A DNA stretch of 64,000 nt from contig NC_086109.1 of the NCBI RefSeq assembly GCF_963921235.1, forward strand, positions 22,446,001 through 22,510,000. Direction: 5' to 3'. Each line of letters opens with the position of its first letter. Positions within the stretch are counted from its first letter, which is position 1. This DNA is from Mobula hypostoma (Eukaryota). The notes under the pieces were generated by a model that was not told where the DNA came from, did no database searches, and saw only the letters and a program-made list of their open reading frames with translations. The translations under genes were made by a program, and so were the position numbers. Shown here one piece after another: positions 1-11,469 of the stretch.

Positions 1-75
1 CAGGGTTTGAGGGTTGGCACAACATTGTGGGCCGAGGAGCCTGTAATGTGCTGTACTATTCTATGTTCTATGTTC

Positions 76-200
76 TAAATCAAGAACCGACGCTTTGGGC
101 CAAGACCCTTCACCAGGACAGGAAGTGAAGGGGGAAGGAGCCAGGATAAGGTGGAGGGAAGGGAAGGAGTACAAACTAGAAGGTGATAGGCGAAGCCAGG
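76..200 (-). mobile_element. Penelope-derived fragment with decayed hammerhead motif
   Basis: Reverse complement contains TGTC-CTGGTGA-AGGGTCTTGGCCC-AAAG-CGTC; similar to 9965-10085. Confidence 0.6.
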
Positions 201-1274
201 TATGGCACTCACAGTGCATCTTCCTTCTCTCCCAAAACAAATGCACACCACAGCACTGAATTTTGAGGCCATAATGTCAGCTGAGTTTCACATACACAGT
301 TAACTGGAGTTTTGCACAAATTGATTTGCAAACCTCTCTCTGTGTTTACACAAGCTCACAGAATGAACACCGTTTGTACACATCCTCTTGTGAGCTACAC
401 TGGGCCAGTAACTTCACACCCTATTTCTGTAAACAAGGTTGTTACTAGTACAGGGCTGAAAATGAACATGCAGGACTTCCTGAGATAGACCACAGGCGCT
501 CAGTACTTTAGTATTTTAACCTCTGCTAACAGGCTATTGCGAAACTGAGCTGGTCAAACACACTAGTAATAACTTCAGAAGGAACCAATGTAAATGATAT
601 TGTTGTGTACAGTGAGAAATGAGGAAACCTGCTGCAGTTTGAAGAATACATGATTTTATCTGCTGTAGATTCCTCTGATGAGGACTGACAGATTGAAGCT
701 GTATGCAAGTCTAGAAAGCCTATAGTAACATCAAACTATAGAAACTACTTCTTCACTCTTTGTTAGTGTCCTGAAACTGTTGAGGTCATGGTCTGAGTTC
801 TCTCTTTACTTACACTGCTGCACAGCATTTCCTGTTTTAACTTCTCATGTCTCTCAAACCCTATATCTTTTGGACACTTCCTTGCTGTTTCATGGTATCT
901 CATTCACAGATATTTAAAAAATTGTTGCATATTAAAGGATCCAGGCATGAAATAGGAGGAATGTGGGGGTAGAGTTTCAGAGGGTCTGGGTCAGGAGGGT
1001 GATGATGATGATATACATTCAACCACAAGCTGTGTCTTGGTTTGGAGTAAATATTTGTATCAGATTGCCAAATTTCTTTGAAGACATACCCAGAAAATCC
1101 ATTGGAAGATCTACTGTTAACCATATGATCCTCCAGCCTCCCCACAAACATTGATCAGCTTCATTGTACATTTTGATGGAAGGAAAACGACTCATTCCTT
1201 GATTGGGTTAATTCTTCAATCAATTACATTTCCCTTATTCTCTATTTCCAATATTTCTCCAAACTCATTGGAGT

Positions 1275-1940
1275 CATAGAGTAATAGAACAGTACAGCAC
1301 AGAAACAAGCACTTTGGCCTATATGGTTGATGCCAAAACTACTTAAGCTAACTACTCCCATCGACCGGCACCAGAACCAAAGCCCTTCATACCCTTCCCA
1401 TCCATGTAGCTAGTCAAATCTCTCTTAAATGTTGAAATTGAGCTCGCATGCACCACTTATGCTGGCAGCTCATTCCATACTCTCATGACCCTCTGAGTGA
1501 AGAAGTTTCCTCTCACGTTCCCCTTAAACTTTTCTCCTTTCCCCTGTAAACCAAGACTTCTGGTTGTAGTCCCAACCAACCTCAGTGGAAAAAGCCTGCT
1601 TGCATTTACCTTATCTATACACTCATAATTTTGTATAGCTCTATTAAATCTCTCAATGTTCTACATTCAAAACAATAAAGTCCTAACCTATTCAATCTTC
1701 CCTTATAACTCAGGTCTTTCAGACCCATTAACATCCTTGTAAATTTTCTCCGTACTCTTTCAACCTTATCTTTCCTGTAGGTAGGTGACCAAAACTGCAC
1801 ACATTACTCCAAATTAGGCCTCATCAACATCTCATGCAAATTCAACATACTATCCCATCTCCTATAATCAATACTTTGATTTATGAAAGCCACTGTGCCA
1901 AAAGCTTTCTTTATGACCCTATCGACCTGTTCTACCACTC
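1275..1940 (-). mobile_element. CR1-type LINE 3' fragment
   Basis: ORF track QFWSPTYRKD..ERVRRKFTRML..L..LSYK.RL.RLGL (CR1 ORF2 C-terminus) followed by a 3' UTR. Confidence 0.85.
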
Positions 1941-3351
1941 AAAGAAGAAATTAGAAACCTGCTTGAATCCTTGTGTGGTTTTTCCATGGTGTCTGCATTG
2001 TCACAGAATTTATTCTTAAGCATCTAGAAATTCCTGGAAAGCTCATCCTTATTTGCATCCAATAATTACTCTAAATCTCACTACAATGAGTCAGCTTCCT
2101 ATTCAATGTCATCAGTAGTCTAGTTTGTAACATACTGAATCTTGAAGAGCAGCAGGAGAAAGCTGAAAATTGTTGTTCCCCCCCCCCCATGGGAAAGTCA
2201 TTTATTTCCCTTTTGCTAAAACTTTGGGTTCAAAGTTACTTCTCCAGCAGAACTGGCTTTTTGCTCGCCATCTGTTTTACTACTTCCGGTTGTGTGTGTG
2301 GGGCTTCCAATCATCGCACACTCATACTGTGCAGAAACCACAGCCCTTCTGTCTTGTTCCACAGAAGAGGAGGAAATTAACATGTACAAAGCATTCCATA
2401 AATAACCAAACTGTCCTAGTGTCAATGGTACCCATTCTCACAGCTGCTGACTGGCTACTAATGGACAAACCAATGTAGTGCAAATCTTTTATCTGCAATC
2501 CGGACAGACTGCCATATGCTTGCAAGCCTGAGCTTATCTTGGAAAAGCAGTACACCTTGTCCTCTCCACCTTCTATCAAGAGCTGTCCAATTTTTTTCCC
2601 CAATTAATTAGCACAATTATTTCCCCGGAATCTTTTGCCTTGAAATTCACTTTGACAGCTATTACCATGTACACTGCTTTCTAACTCAGTTGATGGGATT
2701 AGTTTGCCACAGAACAGAAAACATTAAGAGGAAATGATTATGGTTATGAATGATTATGAATGTTCTAGACTAAGTAGTTAGGGAGGAACCACTTCCACTG
2801 CTGTTAGGGAGTGAAACAAATTTGAACTAATCAGCAGAACAAAAAAAATCCAAAATGAAATTTCTTTATGTAGCATGTTGTAATGATGTGGGATATTTTA
2901 CAGATCCAATTGCAGCCTTCAAAAGGGAGCTGTGTAAGTACTTGAAAATGAAAGTATTGTTGGGTTTTCGAGAATAATGTTGGGTTGGGGGGGGGGCTAC
3001 AGATAATTTGCTGAAAAGAAACAACTTTTGTTTCTGGCACATACTCAATGATTCTAAGTAGTTGATTAATACACAAGAAATTCACACTGAGAACATTGTG
3101 AGAAGGGAACTTACCACTTCCGATAATAATGAATGTGAAAGTTATCTTCCTGAAAACTCTAGTGTCCCCATTTGAGATGCACTGAATTGTCACAACAGAC
3201 AACCATTTTATACCATTTTATCTTGCTGAAAACTGTACTTGTGACCCATACTTAAAATTGATCAATTTAAGCATATTTTAATGGCTGAAGATATGCTGCC
3301 TGATGCTCCTGCCCCAAGGACACAAAGGAATAATACCAGGAATGAGAGGTA

Positions 3352-3891
3352 CAGTACTGTGCAAAAGTCTTAGGAGCATATGGTATATATTGCTAGGGGT
3401 GCCTACGACTTTGAAAATATGGAGCAGAGAGCAAGTTTGTAAATCTGGTGGGAGCAAAGGATGTTGGGTATGACGAGGATGGAGCACTGTGGGAGGGGTG
3501 TGGGACAGGTGGCAGAGAATGAGGGCCAGGGGTTGCGGTGGGGGGGGGGATGGCATGGGTACAGACGCACCCAGCCTGAGACACCAGGCAAGGTCATTTG
3601 ATTCCAAACAGTTGGTTTATTGATCATTATGGAGTGTCTCTCTGGTGCTACCCACTCCCTCTCCTCTCCCATCCCTCTTTCCTAACCATGATTCCCCTCT
3701 CCCTGCCCCCTCCCCACTCTCAGTCCACAACAGAGACCCATATCAGAATCAGGTTTATCATCACTCATTGGTCATGAAATTTGTTTCTTTTTGTGGCAGC
3801 AGTTCAGTGCAATAATAAAATTACTGTGCAAAGGTCTTAGGCACCCTAGCTATATATACACAATATGTGCCCAAGATTTTTGCATAGTATG
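3352..3891. mobile_element. Non-autonomous Tc1/mariner-type MITE
   Basis: Starts after TA with CAGTACTGTGCAAAAGTCTTAGG and ends CCCAAGATTTTTGCATAGTATG; internal copies of the TIR core near 3400 and 3823. Confidence 0.7.
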
Positions 3892-4036
3892 CTATATTCC
3901 CACACATATACAATGAGCATAGTTTTATGAATGCAATCTTTCCATTTTTCATAATAGTTGGCAGAAAATGGCTCACTAATTTATAATAAGAATGTTCCTT
4001 CTGTGTAGGTGGTCTTTTGTTTCCATCTCCACTGAC

Positions 4037-4440
4037 TTCAAAGTTCAAAGGAAATTTCAAAGTAATTTTATTATCAAACTACATATACATGACCATATAC
4101 TACCTTGAAACTCATTTTTGCAGGCATTTACAGGAAGAAAAGAAGTTTATGAAAACTCAATACAAGTAGTCAAAGACTGACATATTCCAATGGCAACAGA
4201 AGACAAACTGTGCAGGTAAAAATAATACTGAAAAAAAGAGCTATAAAGAGTCCTTGCAAATGAGTCTGTAGGTCATAGAATCAACTGGTGAATGAAATTA
4301 TCCACACTGGTTGAGGAGCTGGAATGTTGTAGGGTAATAACCATTCCTGAACCTGGTGGTGTGTGACCTCCAGCCTGATGGTAAAAGCAAGAGGACAACA
4401 TGGTCTTTATGGTCGGGGCCTCTGATGATGGATACATTTC
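4037..4440 (-). mobile_element. Rex1/Babar-like LINE 3' end
   Basis: LLPSG.RS.TTRFRN.YYP C-terminal peptide and (TTTGAAC)-type tail. Confidence 0.7.
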
Positions 4441-4934
4441 CAAGCGTCGATATGGAGCTTAGTCTAATGAATGCAGATTTTCCATTTTTCATAATCACAT
4501 TCATAAAACTATACTCCTTATAGATGCTTGGGAAATATACCTTTCATTAGAGGTTTTATTCCTTTGTGCCTTTGTGAAAGGAGCATCAGGCAGCAGGTCT
4601 TCAGTCATTAGAACATGCTTAGCTCGGTCACAAGTAAAGTTTTCAGCTCGATCACTTGGGATAAAATGGTTGTCTGTTGTGCAAATTCAGCACGTCTCAA
4701 TGGGACACTGGAATTTCTAGGAAGATTATTCTGTCAGATCCTCTCACTTATTTAAGGCAGTGAGTGTGGAGAGAATTTGAAAAGCTTAAGAGTACAATGG
4801 ACCAGAAAACATTGAAGAGGAACTATTCTAAAGTCTCACTGGGTGGTCACGCTTATTTCACTCTCCATAAACTAGTAGCTATCCAAAGCTTTGCTGTCCA
4901 TATTTTAGTTGGCACCAGTTCCAGTTTAAACATA

Positions 4935-5227
4935 TTATTTATTTACTGATTGATTGAGATATAGTGCGGAATAGGCCCTTCAAGCTGTGCTGCCCAGCCA
5001 CCCCTAATTTAACCCTAGCCTAATTACGGGACAATTTACAATGACCAATTAACCTATGAACCAGTATGCCTTTGGATTGTGGGAGAAAGCCAGAGCCTTT
5101 GGGGAAAGATTATACATTCCAAGGGGAAGATGTAGACTCATTACAGATAATGTTGGAATTGAACTCTGAATTTGGATGCCCTGAGCTGTAATAGAGTCAT
5201 ACTAACCTCTACACTACTGTGGCACCC
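4935..5227 (-). mobile_element. tRNA-derived SINE
   Basis: Same core as other copies (ggttaattggtcattgtaaattgtccc...gattaggctagggttaaat) with A/B-box-like head near 5150-5225. Confidence 0.75.
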
Positions 5228-5844
5228 ATATCGCTGACCATCTGTCTCCTGGTGCAGCACCTTCTTAATTTTAAGACATATCCTTTTTTTCAGAACCCCT
5301 CCATGATCAGCAGCTCCATGCCTGGAGCCCAATCCTACGTATCTTAGACACATTTGCACTCCTCTAACTGTGGCCTCTAGTGCTTCCCTATTTTGGGTTC
5401 TGTTTTTGGTGGTAAAACCCAAAGATCTAGAATTTCCCAATCTCCTCACTTCTCCTCCTTAAAACCCACTTTCTACTGATTTTAATATTCTCTCATGTGG
5501 AGTAAAGCCACATTTTCTTTCATTATGGTCTTGTTAGGTGACCTGGGACATTTTTCTACATTAAAAGTGCTACACATATACAGGTGGTTGTTACATTAAT
5601 TAATTACGTTTATTTGTGTATTCAGTGTTCCTTAATGAGGGAGAACAGGCCAGTGGTGAGATACTACAAATAACAACTCTATAATTGATGATAATGTAAA
5701 CAGTTAATCATCAGTTTCTGATCACTGAAAACCACTAACAATTTTATCCATTAATATTTTATTTCGAATGATTCTTAATTCCTGTTTTGGGGCATTTTTT
5801 ATTTTTAAGGTTGAAGGCAATGTTAAGGAAAGATGCCTTAAAGA

Positions 5845-6819
5845 TACAAGACCGTAAAACCCATAAGATATAGGAGAAGAAGTAGGCCATTTGGCCTACG
5901 AGTCTGCTCCACCATTCAATCATTGGTTGATCCAATTTTTCCAGTCATCCCTAGTCCCCTGCTTTCACTCCATACCCTTTGATGCCCTGGCTAATCAAGA
6001 ACCTATCTATCTCTGCCTTAAATACACCCAATGACTTGGCCTCCACAGCCACTTGTGGCAATAAATTCCACAGATTTACCACCCTCTGACTAAAGTAATT
6101 TCTCCGTGTCTCAGTTCCAAAAGGATGTCCTTCAATCCTGAAGTCATGCCCTCTTGCCCTAGACTCCCCTACCATGGGAAATAACTTCACCATATCTAAT
6201 CTGTTCAGGACTTTTAACATTCAGAATGTTACTATCGATCCCCCCTCATTCTCCTGAACTCCAAGGAATACAGCCCAAGAGCTGCCAGACGGTCCTCATA
6301 AAGTAACCTTTTCATTCCTGGAATCATTCTCGTGAATCTTCTCTGAACCCTCTCCAATGTCAGTATATCCTTTCTAAAATAAGGAGCCCAAAACTGCACA
6401 CAATGCTCCAATTGTGGTCTCACAGGTGCCTTATAGAGTCTCAACATCACCTCCTTGCTTTTATATTCTATACCTCTAGAAATGAATGCCAACATTGCAT
6501 TTGCCTTCTTCACCACCGACTCAACCTAGAGCTTAACCTTCAGGGTATCCTGCACAAGGACTCTCAAGTCCCTTTGCATCTCTGCGTTTTGAATTTTCTC
6601 CCCATCTAAGTAATAGTCCGCCCATTTATTTCTTCCACCAAAGTGCATGACCATACACTTTCCGACATTGTATTTCATTTGCCACTTCTTTGCCCATTTC
6701 CCTAAACTATCTAAGTCTCTCTGCAGGCTCTCTGTTTTCTCAACACTACCCACTCCTCCACCTAAAGCAAATTTAGCCACAAATCCATTAATACTGTGGT
6801 CCAAATCATTGACATACAT
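5845..6819 (-). mobile_element. CR1-type LINE, 5'-truncated (late RT, C-terminus, 3' UTR)
   Basis: YVNDLD..I.GFVAKFA, KKANAMLAFISRGIEYKS, LEHCVQFWAPY peptides across frameshifts; (TCTTATG)-like tail. Confidence 0.9.
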
Positions 6820-7001
6820 CGAATATATTCACATATTCATATTGATATATTCACATTTGAAAAAGTTCAGAGACCAAATATGTAAAGAAATTTAATTAAG
6901 GGCAAGGATATCTTCAATCCACTAAGAATTGGGCTGTTTCATGTTGAGAAGAGCTTGCAAAACTATTCAGCCATAAGAAAGCACAGAATAAAATAGATTA
7001 C

Positions 7002-7094
7002 CTCATCAATACTGAAACTTGGATTGGTGTTTAAGAGTTCTAGCTGCTTCTCAAATAGATCAGTGATTGCTCTGTAGACCAACCCATACTGCTC
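7002..7094 (-). CDS. PTPN22: Exon 11 (93 nt): EQYGLVYRAITDLFEKQLELLNTNPSFSIDE
   Basis: aattttAG acceptor, GTAATC donor; QY motif closing the PTP domain. Confidence 0.92.
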
Positions 7095-7211
7095 CTAAAA
7101 TTGGGAAACACAACAGACTGTCAGTCACTGGATGCTCTGGCTCAAGTCATCTGTTCGACAGAAACCTGCAGGGACATGATTAAGGCTGTCAGTAATGGAT
7201 TAATGTTGGGC

Positions 7212-7214
<3 letters not shown>

Positions 7215-7247
<33 letters not shown>

Positions 7248-7254
7248 ACACACA

Positions 7255-7285
<31 letters not shown>

Positions 7286-7324
7286 GCACACACGCGCGCA
7301 CACACGCACACACACACACACACA
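7215..7324. repeat. (CA)n microsatellite with CG interruptions
   Basis: Direct inspection. Confidence 0.95.
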
Positions 7325-8091
7325 GGAATGCTCAGTTAAAGACGATAGGAGAAATGATGTATTTTCACTCAGAGGGTTGCCAATCTTTGTAATTCTCTAC
7401 CAAGTGTGTGGACACTGATTCATCACAAGTAAGACACATTTTTAGATGAAGTTAAGATCAAATATCACATCAACCATTATGTTATCAAATGAAAGTGCAG
7501 GTTCAGGGAGTGGTATGGCTTACTCCTGCTCATATTTCTTATGCTTCCCCTCTGCCAAAGATTCCTGTGGTCACCTCCAATACAACTTAACGGAAAGTGA
7601 ATGTCAATAAAAGTTCTTGAAATTTCAGCGAGGGGTGGGCCGATAAGAGGATCTTTCTGGTCTATGAAGTGCTCTACTGTTTCAAGCTGAGGCAAGCTTC
7701 CTTTGCTGAAGTCATCTGACTGTAATGGTGCACTATTTTACTAGATCTATTTGTAGATAAGGGCAGGAAGTACACTAGTTAAACAGTTTAATGATCTAAA
7801 ACTTAAGAAACTGAAATTTTGTTTCATGTGTGAAGGCTTTTTCAAACAGTATTTTGATCTATTAAAATATGTAGCACTACTATTGATGTCTGTGCATTTT
7901 CCTCTTGTGATAACCTATAAACGTCCCACCTATGGGCTGAAAAGGGAAATGTTAACATAGACGTCAGCAGGAGACTTCATTCTCACCACACGTATAAACC
8001 TGCAACATACAATTGAACTGAATGCTTTCCACTAGTCATAAGATTAACCTCAAAGTAATTAAACAAGAAGTGTGGAGGCAAGAGTGAAGGT

Positions 8092-8199
8092 TAGACAGAG
8101 ACAGACAGACAGACACACACACACACACAAAGACAGAGACAGAGAGAGAGAGAGAGAGACACACGCACACAGAATGAGTGAGAGAGAGACAGACAGACA
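8092..8199. repeat. Compound (AGAC)n/(AC)n/(AG)n microsatellite
   Basis: Direct inspection. Confidence 0.9.
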
Positions 8200-8729
8200 A
8201 GATAAAACATGAAAAATTTGGCCTCAACTTCTGTTGTGCTATTTCTACACACCCTTCTTACTTGATCTAGTGTATTTTTGATCCACTACCACTTTAAATA
8301 TTTCCAGCAGCCTAGTTTCCACCACCTGTCAGAGCAGAGATTCCCATTCTCTCGACTACCTCTAGCCCCTGCAACTTTGTACACACTAGTTTTCAATTGA
8401 ACATGATCTTTTGTCTTTCCATTAATCACTGACTGTGCCTCTTTCTCATGGAATCCTGCTTTATGATTAGAGTAAACTCATGCTGGGTATTATAGACCAG
8501 CTTTTTGAATGTCTGCCACTGTTCCTTTACTAACTTGTCTCTTACCTTAGATAACTCACACCTCATACCATTATAATTGCATTACTGAAATGGAGGACAC
8601 TGGTTATGGACCTATGGTGTTCAGTCTCAAGCTGCATCTTGTGGTCACAACCCACCTAGGAGGTCTTTAATCATAAGATCCTTATTAACCCTTCCCCTTT
8701 ACGTCAGTTTTGTTTGTTGTTTTTTTTAA

Positions 8730-9005
8730 TTGACATACAGTGCAAAATAGGCCCATTCAGCCCTTTGCATTGTGCCGTCCAGCAACTCCCCCATTTAACC
8801 TGAGCCTAGTCACAGAATAATTTACAATGAGCGATTAACATCCTGACTGGTACATCTTTGGAATGAGGGAGGAAACTGGAGCACCTGGAGGACACCATGC
8901 AGTCATGGAGAGAATGTACAAACTCCTTACAGACAGTAGCGGGAAATGAACCCAGGTTCTTGATACTGTAAAGTGTTGTGCTAACCATTAAGCTACTGTG
9001 ACACC
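8730..9005 (-). mobile_element. tRNA-derived SINE
   Basis: Reverse complement contains gggttcatttcccgctactgtctgtaaggagtttgtacattctc, shared with the copies at 24985, 42715 and 47338. Confidence 0.8.
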
Positions 9006-9009
9006 CGTT

Positions 9010-9128
9010 ATGTGCCGTGTCATATGACGCGGGCAATTATGGTCTTTCCATGACCATGGCTATTCTTGGCAAATTTTTCTACAAAAGTGGTTTGCCATTG
9101 CCTTCTGGGCAGTGTCTTACATAAGACC
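9010..9128. mobile_element. Fragment of RTE-related short element
   Basis: aagtggtttgccattgccttc resembles the RTE/BovB-type 5' motif; no ORF. Confidence 0.4.
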
Positions 9129-9724
9129 AAATTTTTAAAAAAAAATCCGATCCTGGGTGGGCATTGTACTGCTCCTAGAAGCAATCTCCAATGCATTCCA
9201 CAAATATCTCATGAGAGTTTTATTTCTGTCTCTACCTTAGCATTATTAGCTTTTTTTTGGAGAAGAATTAGTTGTTTAGAACCCTTGTCTCATGGAATAT
9301 TGGAAGGCATCTTGGTATTTCAGGCAATTTCAGTACTCAGTGGAGGTCTGTGAGACAGAATAAGTCATGAGGAAACTCTGTAGGAGAATGGGATTCTGAA
9401 CAGGCATAGATTTGATGGGCCAAATGTTCTCTTCCTGAAGTTTTGATGTAAGAAAATACGAAAAGTGCTTCAGTATTTTCAGGCATCCCAGGATCCTGTC
9501 AGCAGCTTCTAAGGATTTCTAGATACGAGTTTGGAGTTTCCCATGAGAACGCCAATATTTAAAATGGGAGGGAGTGCAGAGTCTATGAAACACAGTACTC
9601 AAATTCAACTTTCTCTTTTCTTTAAGCCTTATTGATTAAAAGACAAAGGATCTTTTACCTCTATTGTTCTTTTAGAAAACACTAACATTACATGTTCCCT
9701 ACACCTTTATAGCACTACTCGTAC

Positions 9725-9802
9725 CTTGGTTTGTACAACTGATGGTCTCTGAGTTCTCATTTCTTGAATCAAGGCAAAAATACTGAAATTTTCTGGAATT
9801 AT
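9725..9802 (-). CDS. PTPN22: Exon 10 (78 nt): [26 protein letters not shown]
   Basis: attttcAG acceptor, GTACGA donor; RxQR and Q-loop motif. Confidence 0.95.
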
Positions 9803-9875
9803 CTGAAAATGTAAATACAAGTGTTTAGTATGACATTAAAAAAAAATCCAAAGCCCAGAGCAGCTTAAGTCAAAC

Positions 9876-10949
9876 CACAAACAGGAGAAAATGAGCAGAT
9901 GCCGGAAATCTAAGCAACGCACGCAAAATGCTGGAGACCAGGCAGCATCAATGGAAAAAGTAAACAGTGGACATTTTCAGCAGAGACCGTTCAGCAGGAC
10001 TGGAAAGAAGATGGGAAGTTAGAGTAAGAAGGCGGGGGGAGTGGAGGAAGAACTAATAGGTGGTAGGTGATAGGCAAAACCAGGAAAGGGGTGAAGTAAA
10101 GAGCTGTTAAATTGATTGGTGAAAGAGATAAAGGACTGGAGGAGGGGGAATCTGATAGGAGAGGTTAGAAGACCATGGAAGGAAGGGAAGGGGGGGGGGA
10201 GCACCAAAGGGAGGTGATATGCAGGTAAGGAGATAAGGTGAGAGAGGGAAATGGGAATGGTGAAGGAGAGGGGGTGGGGCAGTTACTGGAAGTTCAAGAA
10301 ATTGATGTTCATGCCATCAGTTGGAGGCCTCCTGTATATCGGTGAGACCCGACATAGATTGGGAGCTTGCTTCAGCGAGCACCTATGCTCCATCCTGCAG
10401 GAAAAGTGGGATCTCACAGTTGCCACCCATTTCAGTTCTACTTCCCATTCCCATTCTGACATGTCAGTCCATGTCCTCCTCTAGTTCTGCGATGAGGCCA
10501 CACTCAGGTTGGAGGAGCAACGCCTCCAACATGATGGCATGAACATCGGTTTCTCAAACTTCTGGTAATCACTCTCCCCTTCCACCTTCACCATTCCCTC
10601 CCTCACCTCATCTCCTTACCTGCCCATTACCTCCCTGTGGTGCTCCTCCCCTTTCCCTTTCTTCCATTGCCTTCTGTCCTCTCCTATCAGATTTCCCCTT
10701 CTCCATCCCTTTATCTCTTTCACCAATCCACTTCCAGCTCTTTACTTGACACTCCACCTCCCAGTTTCACCTATCACCTCCCACCTTGTACTTCTTCCTG
10801 CCCTCCTCCCTGCCTTCTTAATCTGACTTCTCATCTTTTTTACTGTCCTGATGAAGGGTCTTGGTCTGAAATGTCGACTGTACTTTTTTCCATAGATGTT
10901 GTCTAGCAGTTGTCTAGATGTTCAGTTCCTCCAGCATTTTGTATTTGCT
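9876..10949. mobile_element. Penelope-like element derivative: inverted pseudo-LTR arms around a GIY-YIG endonuclease fragment
   Basis: Arms about 9920-10328 and 10522-10949 are reverse complements; centre encodes GLLYIGETRHRLG.CF.EHL..I...VATHF....HS on plus; hammerhead motif in each arm. Confidence 0.85.
10843..10880 (+). ncRNA. Hammerhead motif copy, partly decayed
   Basis: CTGTC-CTGATGA-AGGGTCTTGGTCT-GAAA-TG-TC-GACTG; core intact but the stem III palindrome is lost (CG>TG). Confidence 0.55.
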
Positions 10950-11469
10950 GGTTACGTAAAATCTGTGGTGAGAGGAACAGAGCAGATTATAGGGTATGTG
11001 TGGTCAGTGGATGTTAAATCTGTATAGAACACCAGGCCTATCACACAGTCACTGGGAGAGTTGTGAAGTGTAAGTGAGATTGGAGACATTCCTGAAATGA
11101 ATCTCATGACTTTTCCACAAGAACTAACACATAACGTTACCGATGAGAGTCAAATTGAGACAAATCTGGTGAATCAAGAGCAGACAGAATGTCTTAGATG
11201 AGATATGATTCCCTCAGTTAAGATATGTATAGTTTATTCTAGGGATACCTACAGACTGCATGCCCTACAGAATAATAACATTGAGGACAGTTAGTCACAT
11301 AAAGTACTTGGCAGTTTTAAAGCAGCAATTATTGTTCACTATTGTGTTCATTCATTTCAAAATAATAAATTTTAACATATTTGCACACACAAATTGTAGA
11401 TTTCCTCATTTTATGATCTTTGCAGTGGTTTTGGTGTTACTTTTGTGGACTTGTACATTAACCAGATGA

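Larger units (their letters stand above)
3143..4726. mobile_element. Old fold-back (long inverted repeat) element interrupted by two younger insertions
   Basis: 3143-3351 plus 3892-3933 is the reverse complement of about 4497-4726, e.g. cacaacagacaaccatttta / taaaatggttgtctgttgtg. Confidence 0.75.

Noticed and set aside
900..1151. ORF with HHHHPPDPDP as a proline-rich PTPN22 exon
   Set aside because: No convincing acceptor and no match to the PTPN22 P1 motif.
7101..7418. His/Thr-repeat ORF
   Set aside because: Translation of a (CA)n microsatellite.
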